A DNA stretch of 64,000 nucleotides from Selaginella moellendorffii (lineage: Eukaryota > Plantae > Lycopodiophyta), in the NCBI RefSeq assembly GCF_000143415.4, contig NW_003314380.1, forward strand, positions 268,924 through 332,923, in the 5' to 3' direction. How positions within the stretch are numbered: the first letter of the stretch is position 1; each line of letters begins with the position of its first letter. Positions 34,399 through 49,200 of this stretch are shown in pieces. The notes beneath the pieces were generated by a model. It ran no database searches. It was not told where the DNA came from and was given only the letters and a program-made list of their open reading frames with translations. Position numbers and translations under genes: made by a program.

Positions 34399-37300
34399 CT
34401 ACGTCGATGTGTTGGGGCGGTTGCCGGCAAGGATCAAAGAGATTTCCAGGCCCCGACTGAAAGCTTGGTTGAAGAGGAGCCGGCTCTGGAAGGTAGACAC
34501 GAACGGGAACCACGAGAGAATGGCGACAGGGACGAAGATCACGGTTCCCATCCCAGCGTCGTAGAGACGAGCCAAAGAACGCATCGATTTCCACAGGCCC
34601 AGGAACTTGATGACCGGTCTCCAGGCAATAGCAATCTGGAAGAACTCACACAGGTAAGATGGTGGAAAGAACTAAGACTTTCTTTACCGAGAGGATTCCC
34701 CATCCGGTTGGAAGGAGGGCCAAGGCGGAAGCAAAGATGTCTCCCACTGTAAGCGTCGACGCGACGATAGCGGCGATTAAGCCGCCGAGGAGAAGGATGA
34801 AAATCACGCCTTGCATTAGCCGGAGAAACAACTGGATGTTTGTTGCTGTCTTCTGGCTCAAGCTGAAAATCTGGAGAAGCAATGAATGGAAGAGTTCATC
34901 GTCAATACACTGTCAAGAAGCTGGAAGAACCTCACCTTGAACAAGAGTATGAATGCCGCAAACACCACCCAAGAGACGCCATAAGCCTGGAACAAGAGAA
35001 ACAGACGGTAATATGATACAAAAAGATAGTGTAAGCTTACCGTCAAGGACGTGCTAGTTCCGGTAACATGGAGCTTATAGACGACACCGTACTGGAAAAT
35101 GAAGAAACGCAAGCTGAGGATTGTTTCCAAGATCCTGGATCTGAACGTGCGAATGTGCTCCTGGTATGGTACACACGAATGGTTAGATTTGCGGGAAAGC
35201 GGCTTAAACAGTTTCTTACTTGCTCTTCATCCCACCATGCTTCCCAGCTCTCTTCTCCTTTCACTCCGACTCCACCTTTATACAAAAGCCAGTTCGTCCA
35301 GTCATCGAAGTCGTCCACAGTCCTGAAGTTAAGACGAAGACAGTGGAATAATCAACCATAGAAAAATTACAGTTGTGCTTACTTTTGCCATTCGAAGCCG
35401 GACGGATTGAACAAGTAGGGAGCATACATCCACGAAATGGCCAGAAACCAACTGCTAAACGACAAGAGAAAGTAGCTGGTTCCACTTGAAACACCATAAG
35501 CCATGTATACGATCAAAAGCATAACGACTTCCAGGCTGGTCAAAGCAAGAATGAGTGCGTTTTCCACGATAAAATAATCAACGTACCCTTTTACAAAATG
35601 ACTGCGAGAATAAAGCCGATAGTTTTCAGCGAATGGAATGTGCCGAACCACAAAACCTCTTCCGGTAGCCCGATACTTAACAAAAACAAAAGGACTTTTA
35701 GAGACGAGACCACATAAACGTCAACGGAAACATTAACCTTGGCACCGCCATGCAGAATTGTTCTACCAAAATAATGACTTTTCGTTCCGAGAGAAAACGT
35801 AAAGAACACGGAGCACAGTTGCAATTGCATTGTGATAAAACTGATGATTGCCTGCGATCACGTAGAGATGAGCATCGAAGCTGTTTTAAAGAGCATTACC
35901 TTAAGCACCCCCTGTTCTAATACAAGCCCCATAATCATAGGTACTGCCGTAAGAAAACCGATTTGGAAAAGAAATTGAGCATTCAGAGCACTCTCAAGGG
36001 CCGTGTTATCCAAAACGTCCGCTGTATTCCTCAAGCTCGCTTCGACACCAGATAAAGACTGCAAGAACTCCGAAAAGTTACAATTTGCACGAAACTTTAA
36101 ATGTTTTTGACGCACCAGATATATTTTTCCATAGAGGAAGGCGTAAACTGTCCATACAGTAAACTGAAAGACAAAGATCAAATAGTGCTCAAAAAACCAA
36201 GTACGACCTTACCATTGTGCAAATGTAGTAACCCACAGTCGTATAAAAGAACGACAACATTCTGAAAAAATCAAAAAGCTGACCCAAACGGTATACATCC
36301 CTGCTAAGCATTTGCTCCCCGTTCCCGCTGGAGACTTTAGCCTCAAAGAGTGCAATCTGGTTGAGACCAACATCCCTTCCTTTCCCCACCTAAGATGTTT
36401 CATGGAATCAGAGTATGTTACCAATAAATGTGAACCAAACCTGGATGTACTCGTGATGTGTAATATTACCACGCCGCAGAGTTGAGTTGAAGCCTGAAAA
36501 GTTACAAGAGAATGGGACCGGAAAAAAAAAGTTGATAACAAACCTGCAAATATATCCTCACTAATGTTTATGACCCGAGAGGCTTTACTAATGCCCCCCC
36601 TTGTTATATGGAAGATTCTATCGAAAACATCTGGATGACCGTAATGCATTCTCACCCTGGATAAAAACTGTTAACACTACAAGTTCTACCAAGAGTAGAC
36701 TTACTTCAGAGGCTTTGCAAGAACTCTTTGCCCCAACGTAACAAAACTAGTTTCCTGGCTTGACATAAACCAAGCCAAAGAAGATACACTGCAAGAACAC
36801 ATACTGGTTAGTAAAATATCCTTCAAAAACCAGTAAACAAACCTTCCAGTAAAAACATGTTCACGAACACCCAAGATCGACGGGGGACGCAAACCGTGGT
36901 TCGAGTCAAACTCTTGAAGCAGGTTTCGCATTTTAAGGGCCTCTTCGAAATAGTTGTCCTGCAAAGTAAAATGGTAAGTCTGTGAGAAAATGAATGCAAA
37001 GTAGTACCTGGTTCATATCTATGGTTTGTATTGCATCTCCACGGGTAAAAATAATCGCATGATTTTGATTTTCAGGCTTGCCTTCTCCAAGTTTTGGATT
37101 TCCCGGTAATTTGATAGTGTAGATATCCTGTAGTACCTGATTAGATTAAAGTTGAACGCATAGCGAGCGTACCTGGTCCTTGCCACTTGCATCCGTTTTG
37201 ATAAGTTTAGAATAGTATTCTTTATCGATTTTCCCTTCTCTTAAAGTTTCTACAACGTCAATGTATGCAATCCTCAAGGCTTCGTTTCTGTCAAAAACAA

Positions 37301-40300
37301 AAGAAAAAAACGATGAATATTTTCACTATACCATTACCCAGCCTACTTCTGCATCAAGTAATTGATGTCTGTAGCTCGTTGATCTCGCTTGTGCTTTTGC
37401 TCGCCATAAATTTGACAAGTAACAACATAAGTAAATTTCAAGTCGGATTGAGCTCGAGCTCCACGAGATAGCAAGTAATCTTGGTGATTACGAGATAGTC
37501 CATCCTCCACATCTGTACGATACAGCAAACCATTCAGTTTCGTGGCGAAGGCGATTTTTTACATACCTCCTATGTCAGATTGTTCGAGGAAGCTTTGAAG
37601 TATCAATGCTCTACGGTAGTACATCATTCCTCTAACTGCACAAGGAGATTATAATCAACAGGAATATAAATATCTGTACCTGTTCGAGCAAGAGTCTGCC
37701 CTCGGTAAGATGCCCAGAGACGGAGCTCAATGAGATCAAGAGATTTGTTGTTTAATTGCCGCTCGAGCTCGGCCTCAGTGATTTTTATCCGTTCCAGGAA
37801 ATTACGCCACTCATCTGCAGAAAACTAATTAGACGATGGAAAGGAGAAAGCTTCCAAATGAACCTGGAAAGATCTTTTGCAGATAGAAAAGAATGCTGAT
37901 ACCGTCTTCATTGTCTTTCCGAAGTTGATCTTTGCTATACATCACGTCCTCACTGTAGTAAGGTGTGAAAACGCTGAAAGTTTTTGGCCATCGTCAGTGC
38001 ACTTGAGCAAGGATCTTGATCTTGAGTGATGTACCTGAACGAGAGCATTTTCTGAACTGGTAACGGTGCTGGCATATTCATAAACAAGGAGTTGGTGAAA
38101 AACTGAAGACGACGACGAGCCTCCAAATTGCGAGGAATGTTCACAGCAGACTCCTTCAGGGAGAGTAAGCTGTGAAGCCTCTTTACTTGATCTCGCTGAG
38201 ACTTCAGGTCAGAAACAAAAAAAAATCTACACGCGATCACAATGAACCTCTTCGCCCTGACGAGGCCAGGATATTCTTCCAAAGAGCCTGTCTTCACGTA
38301 ATGCTTGTACCAATGCTCCCCATCCCTCATATTTCTCCCTAATTTGAAAAGCGAATGAAAACTATGAAGAGAATGGAGCAACGAACCTTAGCTCAACAGA
38401 TAAAAATTCACGCATCACAGTTTCGTACAAATCTTGCAACGCTTTTACAGCGGATTTGAGATTCTCTGGACTTTGATCTCGAATCTGAGAATGATAAATT
38501 TTGTCAAATTTAACAAACGCTTGTATGCATACCAGAACGGCCGTAAGCGTTGTCACTTTACCCAGTATATCATGCAACCTTTGAAGATTAAAATGTGCAA
38601 CAAAGTGTCCCTCGTTGATGATACTATCAATATCTTGAAATATAGTCCTTATCCTGCAAAATGGTTTCAGCAGATAAACAAAATAAATGTCATAATTACC
38701 AAGTCTTAGCCTCATCATGCAGCAATCTTTTTAAAAGCCATTGTACGCTGTGATAGATCTCTTCAATGGCAAAATACAAGTACTCTTCTCTTCTTATCCT
38801 CTCGAGGAGCTCGTCCTGGTTGCCTTTGTGATCCTCGGCCATACCGATAGCAATATAGACCTGTTCATAGAAATCAACATTTGCCAATCATTTGAAGAAA
38901 CCACCAACCTTACTAGCGAGGAGAAAAAGCGGCCACTGTACTAGAGGCAGAATGCTGTTATTTCCCGGCATCAAAAGCAAGTCTTTCTCCCTGCAGCAAT
39001 AAATCACTAAATGGCGTCAAAAAGTTGACACATGCCTGTCACTAATATAGTCCTCTTCCCGAAGGCTGAGTATAAACTCATTCCAAAACGGAGCAAACTT
39101 TGCTGCATTGACTTTATTTCCAAGATCCTAAAAAAGATGCAAACTATGAGTAGTGAATAATAGCTGTCGGGCTTACATCATTTGTCAAGTTCATGCTCGG
39201 GGGAATAGTTGGAACTCTGCGAGATACGAACAAAATTACGTACGAAGTTAATAAAAATAAAGAAAACTAAAAGTTCTCACGTTTCTTTCAGTTTTGAGGA
39301 AACTAGTGTTTCTACAAAAGCTCGTGGAAAACTTTCAAAGCGTCTACGCAACATAGTAATGGAACGAATCTATTACAAAAATAGTTAGTAAGCAAAAGCT
39401 GCCACGTAAAGGAAAATTAATTAACTTACTTCTCCAAGACGGTCTTTTGCACCACTAAGGCCACCTACGAGCGCAGACAACACCGTATACCATATTTGTG
39501 TATCCAAAAAGTAAATCTACAGACATCCGTTAGAGAAAAAATGTCTCAACACAGTTTAAAGTTCTTAGTTACCAGTATTACAGGAGCCCAAAGTGAAACG
39601 AGGGTCAGAGCATTGTGATTTCCTGTCATAAAACAGCGGTTAGTGACTGTATCAACTGGAGAAAACATACCCTTTGAAACGAAATCGTGCCAGTCGTAAG
39701 TGATGGTTCTGACATCAACTATAGCTCGTGATGGTCTTACTAGCGGACGTATCTATGATATACGAAGTTAAAGGAGCCACAGAATAGAGAATTTTACCAG
39801 TAGGAAATACGCGAAGGAAAACTTTGCTCCGAGAACAACAATCCAAAAGACGAAGTATCTGTGAAATGAATAAGCACAACAAAAGTCATAACAAGCTTTG
39901 TACCTAAGGAAGTCAGCGGCTGATTCATATAGCCCACGGCCGACGTAGTAACGCTCCTACGGCACGAAGTAAGGATTCCATAGAGGAAATCAAGAAGACA
40001 AACCTGATGGACCCACTTAATGAAATGAACAAATCCTCCTTCTCCAAGGCCAGAAACGGCACGATAGCAGAAAGGCAAGCGCATGATGACACTGATAAAA
40101 AAGTGAAAGGCCGCGTAAACACCAATTATGAGAAGGTAGATTTTAAAATATGAGGAGTCTGATACACCCTGGCTCGTTTCGTTGAGAACTTGGCTGGAAA
40201 AGCAACTCGTGTTAGTTGTTAGAGGTTTATTGGTTTAGAGATAAGAATCAACTTTTAACGAAGCTTACACGTAAAGTATCGTAAGAAGAGCAGCTGACGC

Positions 40301-42815
40301 GCCGAAGAACAAGAATCGAAAGAGTATTCTTAGAAGAACCGATCTGCTGGTGCTTGAGTATGCTCCGTACAACAATATAACATCAAATACACCTTCACAA
40401 ACCCGAGAATTTAGCAAGGAGAAACACATCATGAACGTACATTGTGCAAATTTCATCACCACATATGTGGGGCCAAGGCTGAGTAGCCTCTTTATCGTGA
40501 CGAGATGAAGATTTTCGTGAAATGCGAAGATTGTCAAGGCCTATTAAATAAAAATATCAAAAGAACGGACCAAACCGGGCATTATTCAAACCTGAAGCAT
40601 TAGAACCAGAAATATCCATAGACGGTGAAAGCTGTGATACATATGTATAAATGTCCGATGTTCCACAAACAGCACTTTCCCTCCGTATCTACCTTTTCGA
40701 TATTGTAGATCGGGATTAGTCTAATCAATAACAATTAGAAAATAGTAAACCCCAGAAAACGTAAAACTCACATTCCTTTTCTTCGGTTTCGGTCGCAAGA
40801 AGAATGACCCGTTTCTTTTCCATGGCCAATGAAGCTCAAAACACTTATGCGACCTACACAGGGAAAGCAAGGAAATGAAAAAATTGAAGTCAGTGGTAGA
40901 AAATGATACAGACCAGAAGTACTCATTAAAGTCGTCATAGTTTCTACTTGCAGCATGAGAAGCTTTGCCATCGTTCGTGTTCGCTGCTTCCTGAGAGCAT
41001 TCTCAGAAAAACGTAAGACAACAAGAAAATGACGCAATACCGCCGAAAGCAATTCATAAATTGGTGAAACGACGCTGTGAAGGAACCCGTATTCCGAATC
41101 GTTTGTCAACATTTTTGATCTTTGTGCAAGTTGACCATCCAATATCGTGTAAAGCTCTTCAGTCATCTGAATGTAATCGCAGATAAAAATGAAGTAAAAC
41201 AGAAAAACACACCGACCATGTGAAAAATGTAGCAAAGGCATTCGGGTAAAAACCTCAAGTTGGCCGCTTCGCCCCAAATAAGAAAATACAAGGATACCAA
41301 GAGCACCTTTCTTTGCCTATTGTGAGCTCTGTAGAAAATACAAATACAAAGGTAAGCAGCATGGCCTTTTATAAAACGGATAACTTGCACACCTCGCAGT
41401 GACTGGCCTTGCTCTAACAAAAGAGCACCATCTGTTGTAATTTGCCAGGGTTCTATCAAAAACACGGGTGACCGCCTCTTCATCTAATTGCTGCGTAAAA
41501 ATAAATAGCTCAGCGCATCATAAATGAGCGCGAATTCATCTTACTGTATCCTTGTCGTGTAAGACCTCTAATTTTGATTGACTGTTGGCAAGCAAAAGAA
41601 GGAGATGCTCCCGTTGGTTGATTACATTGTCCGTCTATAAACACCAGAGGGAGGAACTCACGAGGAGTCACAACAGCACTAGAGTACCTGAAATCCGAAG
41701 ATGAAGTGCAGCAAATCAAAAATATCGATAGGCCTGTGCTTTGGTTTGGAGTAATTTTGAGGTAGCTGAGGAAGGTCGCTAGTGTATTCCACCGCCGAAA
41801 TCGCTCCCCTTACCTGTATTCCACGAGAACATTTGAAAACAAAATAAGAAAAGCAAAAGTATGTTCCACCTCTGGAAGTAATATGATTGCGTCTGCTACT
41901 CCAGGAGCCTCCAAAGGAAGAATGTTGTAAGGCTTAAATTCTTCCACTTTTGCAGCATCCGACTCCATCATTCTTTTCATCTGATATAGCGAAGTACGAT
42001 TCAGAATGTGGCGTCATTTAAACAGACTTTACCTCCTCCGAGATATTGGCTGCTGCTTCTGGCGATGCCTGTGTGAGAGCCTCGAGCACCTCTTTCAAAA
42101 CTCTTAAAGTTTCGAAGACCCTTTTAGATCTTTCGGTCTGGATCTTCAATCTAAGAAATTCAATGCGACTGTTTAAACCCAGACGCTACATAAAAGCACC
42201 AACTTACTCTCCCGGTTGAGCATCTATGTCCCCAGCTGCTCTCCATTGTCTTCCCTGCTCTTTTAGCTCATCAACGTTGTGCTTCTGCCGGTAGTACTTG
42301 TAGTATTCCCAAAGCAAAGAGATATCCTGACTGCGATCGATCCTTTCTCCCTCTCTTCTCGACAGTTTTTGCTGTAACTTAAACCTCTCAAAAAACCCAC
42401 AAACACCAGAGAAGCAGCGTACCTTGATAACCGACTTTAGCCCCGTCTTGAACTGGAGGACTCCTCTCCCTTCGCTCTTGGGGTCCAGGTTCTGAGCTAG
42501 AGTGTAAGCATACTCACACACTGAGAAGAATTCGACCAGCCAGAAGCGCCTCATCAGCTCAGAAAGTATAGTCATGAAAATCACCACGAACTCACAGATT
42601 CTAGAGACGCTGGGATTGTCAGCTTGGATCTCGTCGGCAGCCTGTAATATTGTCTCGATGTTGGTCTCCCGCAGCAGCGATGGCGGCACCGCATCGCTGG
42701 TGGCACCGATGCCCGATCCCTCGCTCGCTAGACCTGATGTTCCTCGCAGCTGCTCGCGCCGGAGCGCTGCATCCACAAGCCTCTCCCAGTTGGAGAGCGC
42801 CTTCTGCCACGCCAT
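34399..42815 (-). CDS. CalS: Callose synthase, GSL8/GSL10 (CalS10/9)-like, full-length, many short introns
   Basis: [96 protein letters not shown] and [17 protein letters not shown]-stop. Confidence 0.96.
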
Positions 42816-43295
42816 TTCTCCCGACCGCCTGCCCCGATCTAGGAAAACCTAAAACATGACAAAATGCTACTCGTCTGGGCGAGCTTCTCAGCAGCTCGAG
42901 CCATTTGAAAAGATCACTGTGGAAGGGAAATCCCTGCCGTTGATTTTTGCGACCTGTACATTCCGGATAGGAAAGCGCCGGCGCGCATTGTACGCAACGC
43001 GAGATCCCAATCTCCAGCCGTCCATTGCCAGGAAGCCGTTTTAAGGAGCTCGTGGCCGTCGGATCGAGAGGTCCTCCCCTACGCGGACTCTTGACACTGA
43101 CAGAAGCATCCATCCAGGTACGTTTGATGCGTTTCTCTTTTTTGCCACGCTCCCGAATTTTCCTTTTAACCATTCTTTCCACTAGTTAAGCCCGCGAATA
43201 TTCCGCCACATGGAGGGAGTGTCTATTGGAAGTAAAGCTCTCTTTGAGTAGCGAGGCGGGAAAGCGAGCGCCCTAAGGGTATCCTATTTATTTCG

Positions 43296-46200
43296 ATGAT
43301 TCCTCGCCGAGTGATCGTCGAGGAGCCGGAGCGATGGCCGCGAGCTCGGCGACGGATCACGCTAGCCAATTGCTCGAGGTATTTCTTCGATCGATTCAGC
43401 GGCGGGCTTAATCGTTTCGTTTTCAAGGTGGAAAACAGCGTCAAGGAGGAGCTCAAGAAAGTCAGAAAATCGATAGATGACACAAAAGATGAGGACATAC
43501 TCGATTACCTGAGAGACGTTTGTAAATTCCAGGTCAGGATTTTCTTTTTGCCCAGTGACGATGGATGACAGCTCCTGTTCCAGGAAGACAATGTGAGGAA
43601 TCAGCGCGAGCACATTGTCCAGTTGATTGCCAACACGTGTTCCGTTCACAAAAAAGATATCAGTTCCGCCATTCAGCACCTTGCGGCTAAGACTTTAGAG
43701 AATTACAAGAGTTGGTATACGCACTCTAAATCTTGGAGTGATGATGAGGACTCTGAACCTGATCAGCACAGGTATCTAAAACTTTTTTTCTATGGTCGCT
43801 TCACCACCTTCATTACAGTTTCAAAGGCGACGATCATCTAATGTCCTTGTGCTTGTACTTGCTGATATGGGGAGAAGCGGCGAACTTAAGATTTATGCCC
43901 GAATGCCTTTGTTTTATCTTCCACAAGGTTCTTCACCAGAGAAGTAGATCACTTGTGTTTCATTACTATTTCTTTTGCAGATGAAAACAAGTATAATTCG
44001 GCATAATGCCAAAGCCGAAAATGGGTTTCTCGAGAGCGTGATTACGCCCGTCTATTTGTTTTTGAAGAAGGATCTTCCAAATCCAAAGGAAAAAGAACGC
44101 AAACGAAGTCCCATTATTTCTCATAGAAGGGTTGCAAACTACGATGATCTGAACGAGCTATTCTGGTTGGTAATTTTCATAATTCTTTGTACCAAAGCCG
44201 TTTGTTGTTTCCAGGACCTCTCAGTGCTTGAAAGACTTCAAATGGGATCATAACAATCTAAAATTGAAAGTCCCCAGATTCGAGAAATGGCAGCACAAGC
44301 AAAAAGTCGAAGAGAAACAGCGACACAAGAAAAAAGTCGAAGAGAAATGGCCACACAAGAAAAAAGTCAATTTTATCGAGCATCGCACTTTTCTTCATAT
44401 TTTCCATAGCTTTCACAGGCTTTGGATTTTCTTCACAATCATGCTGCAGGTTGGTGCCACTTTGGTGTATTGAACTTGTAATCTGGTAATGTCCACAGGC
44501 CCTGCTTATAATTGCGTTCACTCAAAGCCTTAAGCTCAAATACCTTTTACTTTTTGGTCCTACTCACGCCTTCTTGATGTTTTTCCAGTGTAAGCCAGAA
44601 GCCTTTGGCTTTTATTAAGATCTTACACTTCGTGTGCAGCCACTCTCGACATCGTCTTTACCTATGGTGCTTATGTAAAGCACAATGTGAGGATTGCTCT
44701 CCAGTTTCTTTTCTACGGTGTTGCAACAGGGATCCAAACCTTTCTTTCTATGTAAGGAATGTTTCTGATACGTTTTCTTACCCCTCGTTTCCAGCAAGAG
44801 CTTTCAAGAAAATGAACCTGAAACTTCTGTCGACTATTTTAAGATTTACGAGTATGTGGCGTCATTTTATCTCGTAGCGCATTTGGCTCATGCAATCGGC
44901 CACTCCCTCTTGAGCTTTTTTCCCACTGATAAAGGGAAATCTGTTACATGGCTCAAATGGATATTCAAGGTTTGTAATTTGCTTTTGGTAAGCTCTAAGG
45001 AAGTGTATAACAGGAAAGGTACTTTATCGGGAGTGGCATGCAAGTAAGACCATTGGATTTCCTTAAGTATGTATAATGTCTATTCTAGTCCTCCTTTCTA
45101 TGTCAATTCGTGGTGTCAGGTACGCGTCCTTTTGGATAGTTCTGCTCGCTGCCAAGTTTTTTGTTAGCTATAAGACACAAGTGAGAAGTTTCAAGGTTTT
45201 TTTTATTTACGCCACAATTACTTATCGAATTGCCTTCAGATAGTACCTTTGGTTAAGCCAACGCGCTCTATTATCATGATGAGAGATGCGAATTATGTTT
45301 GGCACGACTTTATTTCCAAGAGTATGAGCATGTACGTCCTGTTCCAAGCTTAATTTTCTCTTGATTCTTCGACAGACCATTACAACATTCTCACCGTTGC
45401 CGCCTTGTGGACACCAGTAGTTCTGGAAAGTATATGATTTCATACTTTGATGAAGGTACTAAAATTGGCATCGCAGATTTATTTCCTTGACACGCAGATT
45501 TGGTATGTCGTATTTTCCGCTATTCTTGGCTGCCTAACTGGTGGTATCGCCCACCTTGGAGAGGTAATGCCAGGTTTTAAATGGTACCAGCTAACTATGA
45601 AAGTGATTTTCTCTTCAGATGAGGTCAATGTATATGTTTGCCAAGCAGTTTCGCGAGATGCCAAAACATTTTGAAAAACGATTAGTTCAGGGTTCTGGAG
45701 AACCTGTTTTTTACAAGTGCTGGAATGAGCTGATCAGTAAATTGCGAGAGGAAGACTACTTAAGTGACAAGTAAAGTTCTCACAATTCTATCACTTCTTT
45801 TTTTCATGGCCTGTTTGTGTTCCAGTGAGAAAGAGCTGTTCGTAATGCCGCCACCAAAAAACTTTACAATTGGAAACGATGCGGTTAACGTTAACAGGTG
45901 GCCTCTTTTTATTGTAGTCAATGAGGTAACCTCTTTAGGAATCAGTAAACTCGTTTTTGATATGATCTTCTTGTGGAATAAGGTGCAACTTGCTGTGTCA
46001 TTGTCTGCTAGAAAAGACCATAACGAGCTTTTAAGAAGGCTCAGCAAAGAAGGCTATCTCCGAGATGCTATCGAAGAAATATTCTTCACCGTTGGAGAAA
46101 TCCTTGACCGGCTTGGCGTGTGGTAATGTTAGCTCCATATTGGAACTTGGCCCTCAATTGCCTATATAGGACGAACGAGTTGAAAAAAAATGACTTCTAT

Positions 46201-49200
46201 AACTTGGAACATGCCATATACAACAAGAAAGCTACCGATCTGCTTAAAATGTGGATACTGATAACGAGTCGTATGGTTCAAGATCTGCTGGATGACAAGA
46301 TTCTCCACGTAAACTGGAAAGTGAGTGAAATTTCTTGCGTTAGAAAGCAGTCCCTGATACTTATCTTGCAGGATCAGGAGCTGAACACTTTGAGTGTGGA
46401 AAAGCTTCGACTTGAGAAAATGCTAAACGGGACAACAAATGTCTTAGACGTTCCTAGAAACGGAGAAGCCCGACGCCGGCTTCTATTCTTTGGCAACTCG
46501 TTGCTCATGAAAATGCCAAAGCCTCCATCGGTTGATCGAATGCTATCTTTCAGGTGCTTTTTACAGGCGTGTTCTCTTCAAAAAAAATTTAATATTCTTC
46601 TGCTTGCAGCGTTTTGACACCATATCTGAATGAGGAAGTTGTATATAGCACAAAGGACCTTCATAAGGAAAACAAAGATGGGATTACCACGCTATATTAT
46701 CTCCAGCGTGTCTACCCAGGTATGTGAGCTGAATTATAGATAGCATGCTAGCATAGTGTTGCAGACGAATGGAAGAATTTTAACGAAAGGATGGAGAAGA
46801 AAAGCCTTTCCGAGCACGACAAGAGCGTCGAAATCGGACTTTGGGCTTCATATCGTAGCCAGACGTTGGCAAGGACGGGTAATTGCACATTCAATCACTT
46901 TGATTGTTGATTTGTGCAGTATCTTTCGTATGCAGTTCGAGGAATGATGTATTATTATGATGCCTTGAAGTTTCAACGTACCGGGGGCGACGGTGATGAG
47001 TTAATAGGTTGGTTAATCGACGATTTTCTTTTGGCAGCTACTTAAACTTGGATTGCACAGATTTCGTGGCTGCGCGAAAGTTCACGTATATTGTAGCTGC
47101 TCAAAGATACAGCGAATTTAAAAAAAGCAAAGACACTAACATAAAAAAAAAAGCAACTGACATCGAACTTTTGATGAACAAGTAAGTATTCAGCTGGACT
47201 TTAATATCCATGATTTTGTGAACTAACATGAATTCTGTGATACAGGCATCCACTTTTAAGAGTGGCATATATCGACGAGGACGATGGGACGTATTCATCC
47301 AAGCTTGCAATGCTTGATGGGAAAGATATACAAGTAATACTTGATTGTCGCTTCTTTCTTATTTTTATTTATTTTTTTCTTTTTAGACAATATACAGCAT
47401 TAAGCTTCCCGGTGATTTTCTCATCGGCGAGGGAAAGCCGGAAAACCAAAACCATGCCATCATCTTTACCCGTGGAGAAGCATTGCAAACAATTGACATG
47501 AATCAAGTGACCTATGCAATAACTTAATCTTTACCGTTTTGATAATTGTTTCCGTCTAGGACAATTACTTTGAGGAGGCTTTGAAAATGCGAAACTTACT
47601 TGAGGAATTCCGCCCTCCCGACAAGAAACCGGACAGACAAGTGCCGACCATCTTGGGTGTCCGAGAGCATGTATTTACTGGAAGGTACTAAATCAAACTC
47701 GCACTTGGAAAATTGATCTTATTTTCGCTTGCAGTGTTTCATCGCTAGCGTGGTTCATGTCCAATCAGGAAACCACCTTTGTTACTCTCTCCCAACGAGT
47801 CATGGCAAATCCATTGAAGTAAGTCCTGCTTTACATTTCCCAACCTTCTACAATACTGTATGCAGGATACGAATGCACTACGGGCATCCAGATGTGTTTG
47901 ATCGGATCTTTCACATAACCAGGGGTGGGATCAGCAAAGCCTCGAGAACCATCAACTTGAGTGAAGACATCTTTGCTGGTAAGTCACACCTCTGCTCGGT
48001 GTGAACTAATCGAGCGCAAATGTAGGATACAATTCTACACTCAGAGGTGGCATGGTGACCCATCACGAATATATTCAAGTTGGTAAAGGTCGGGACCTGG
48101 GGCTGAATCAAATATCAGCATTTGAGGCCAAAGTCTCGAGCGGAAATGGCGAGCAGATCCTCAGCAGGGACGTCTACCGCTTGGCACGATTCTTTGATTT
48201 CTGGAGAATGCTGTCGTTTTACTATACATCTGTTGGGTTCTATATATCTACAGCGGTAAGCATGAATTCAAATCATTGTAAACTTGGACTTTTTTCTTTT
48301 TTCTTTTTTCTTTTTCTACAGATGATAGTCGTGGCACTTTATGCATACTTGTATGGGAAAGTTTACATGGTAGTCCTAAACTTCCCAACTTCACGTAATA
48401 GTTCTGTGTCTTCTTGTGAAGGTTCTGTCGGGGGTGGAAAAAGATATGCTGACAAAGGCTAGGATAGAAGGCAACAACGCACTGGAATCAGTGCTTGCAA
48501 CGCAAGCGATTTTTCAGTATGGGTTCTTAAACTGCGCTCCCATGGTCACGGGCTACATTTTGGAGCAAGGCTTTATCAAGGTGATGTTTTCCAAGTTTAC
48601 AAGGAATGTCTCACAAGCTCAGTTTTTATTCACTTTCAGGCTCTACAGTACTTCATTCTCATGTGGCTCCTGGGCTCGTTTATTTTCTTTGCTTTCTCGT
48701 TGGCCACAAGAACACACTACTTTGGTAGGACGATACTCCATGGAGGTGCAATGGCAAGTGAAGAAAGAATTAACTTCGAAGCTCCTCTAAACCATGGATG
48801 TTGTGTGTCAGTATCGCAGCACTGGGCGTGGATTTGTCATTGAGCACGTCCATTTTGCTGAGAACTATCGCTTCTACTCGCGCAGCCATTTTGTCAAAGG
48901 GTAAGTCTTTTATGTCCTCGTTCGAAGCTAATCCCCGTGTAGTTTGGAGATAGCAATGCTGTTGTTCGTCTACGTGGTATATGGAGCACAACGGACAAGA
49001 AAAGGATACGTTCTACTGGCTCTGGACATCGGTTTCCTTGCCATATGCTGGCTCTACGCCCCGTTTTTCTTCAATCCACTCAGCTTTGAGTGGCAAAAGT
49101 AAGTTAGTCTGATGGCGTTGTTTGCACGAATGATAAATTCTTCTTTTCCAGGACTGTGGACGACATAACCAACTGGAATAACTGGCTTACAAACAAGAGC

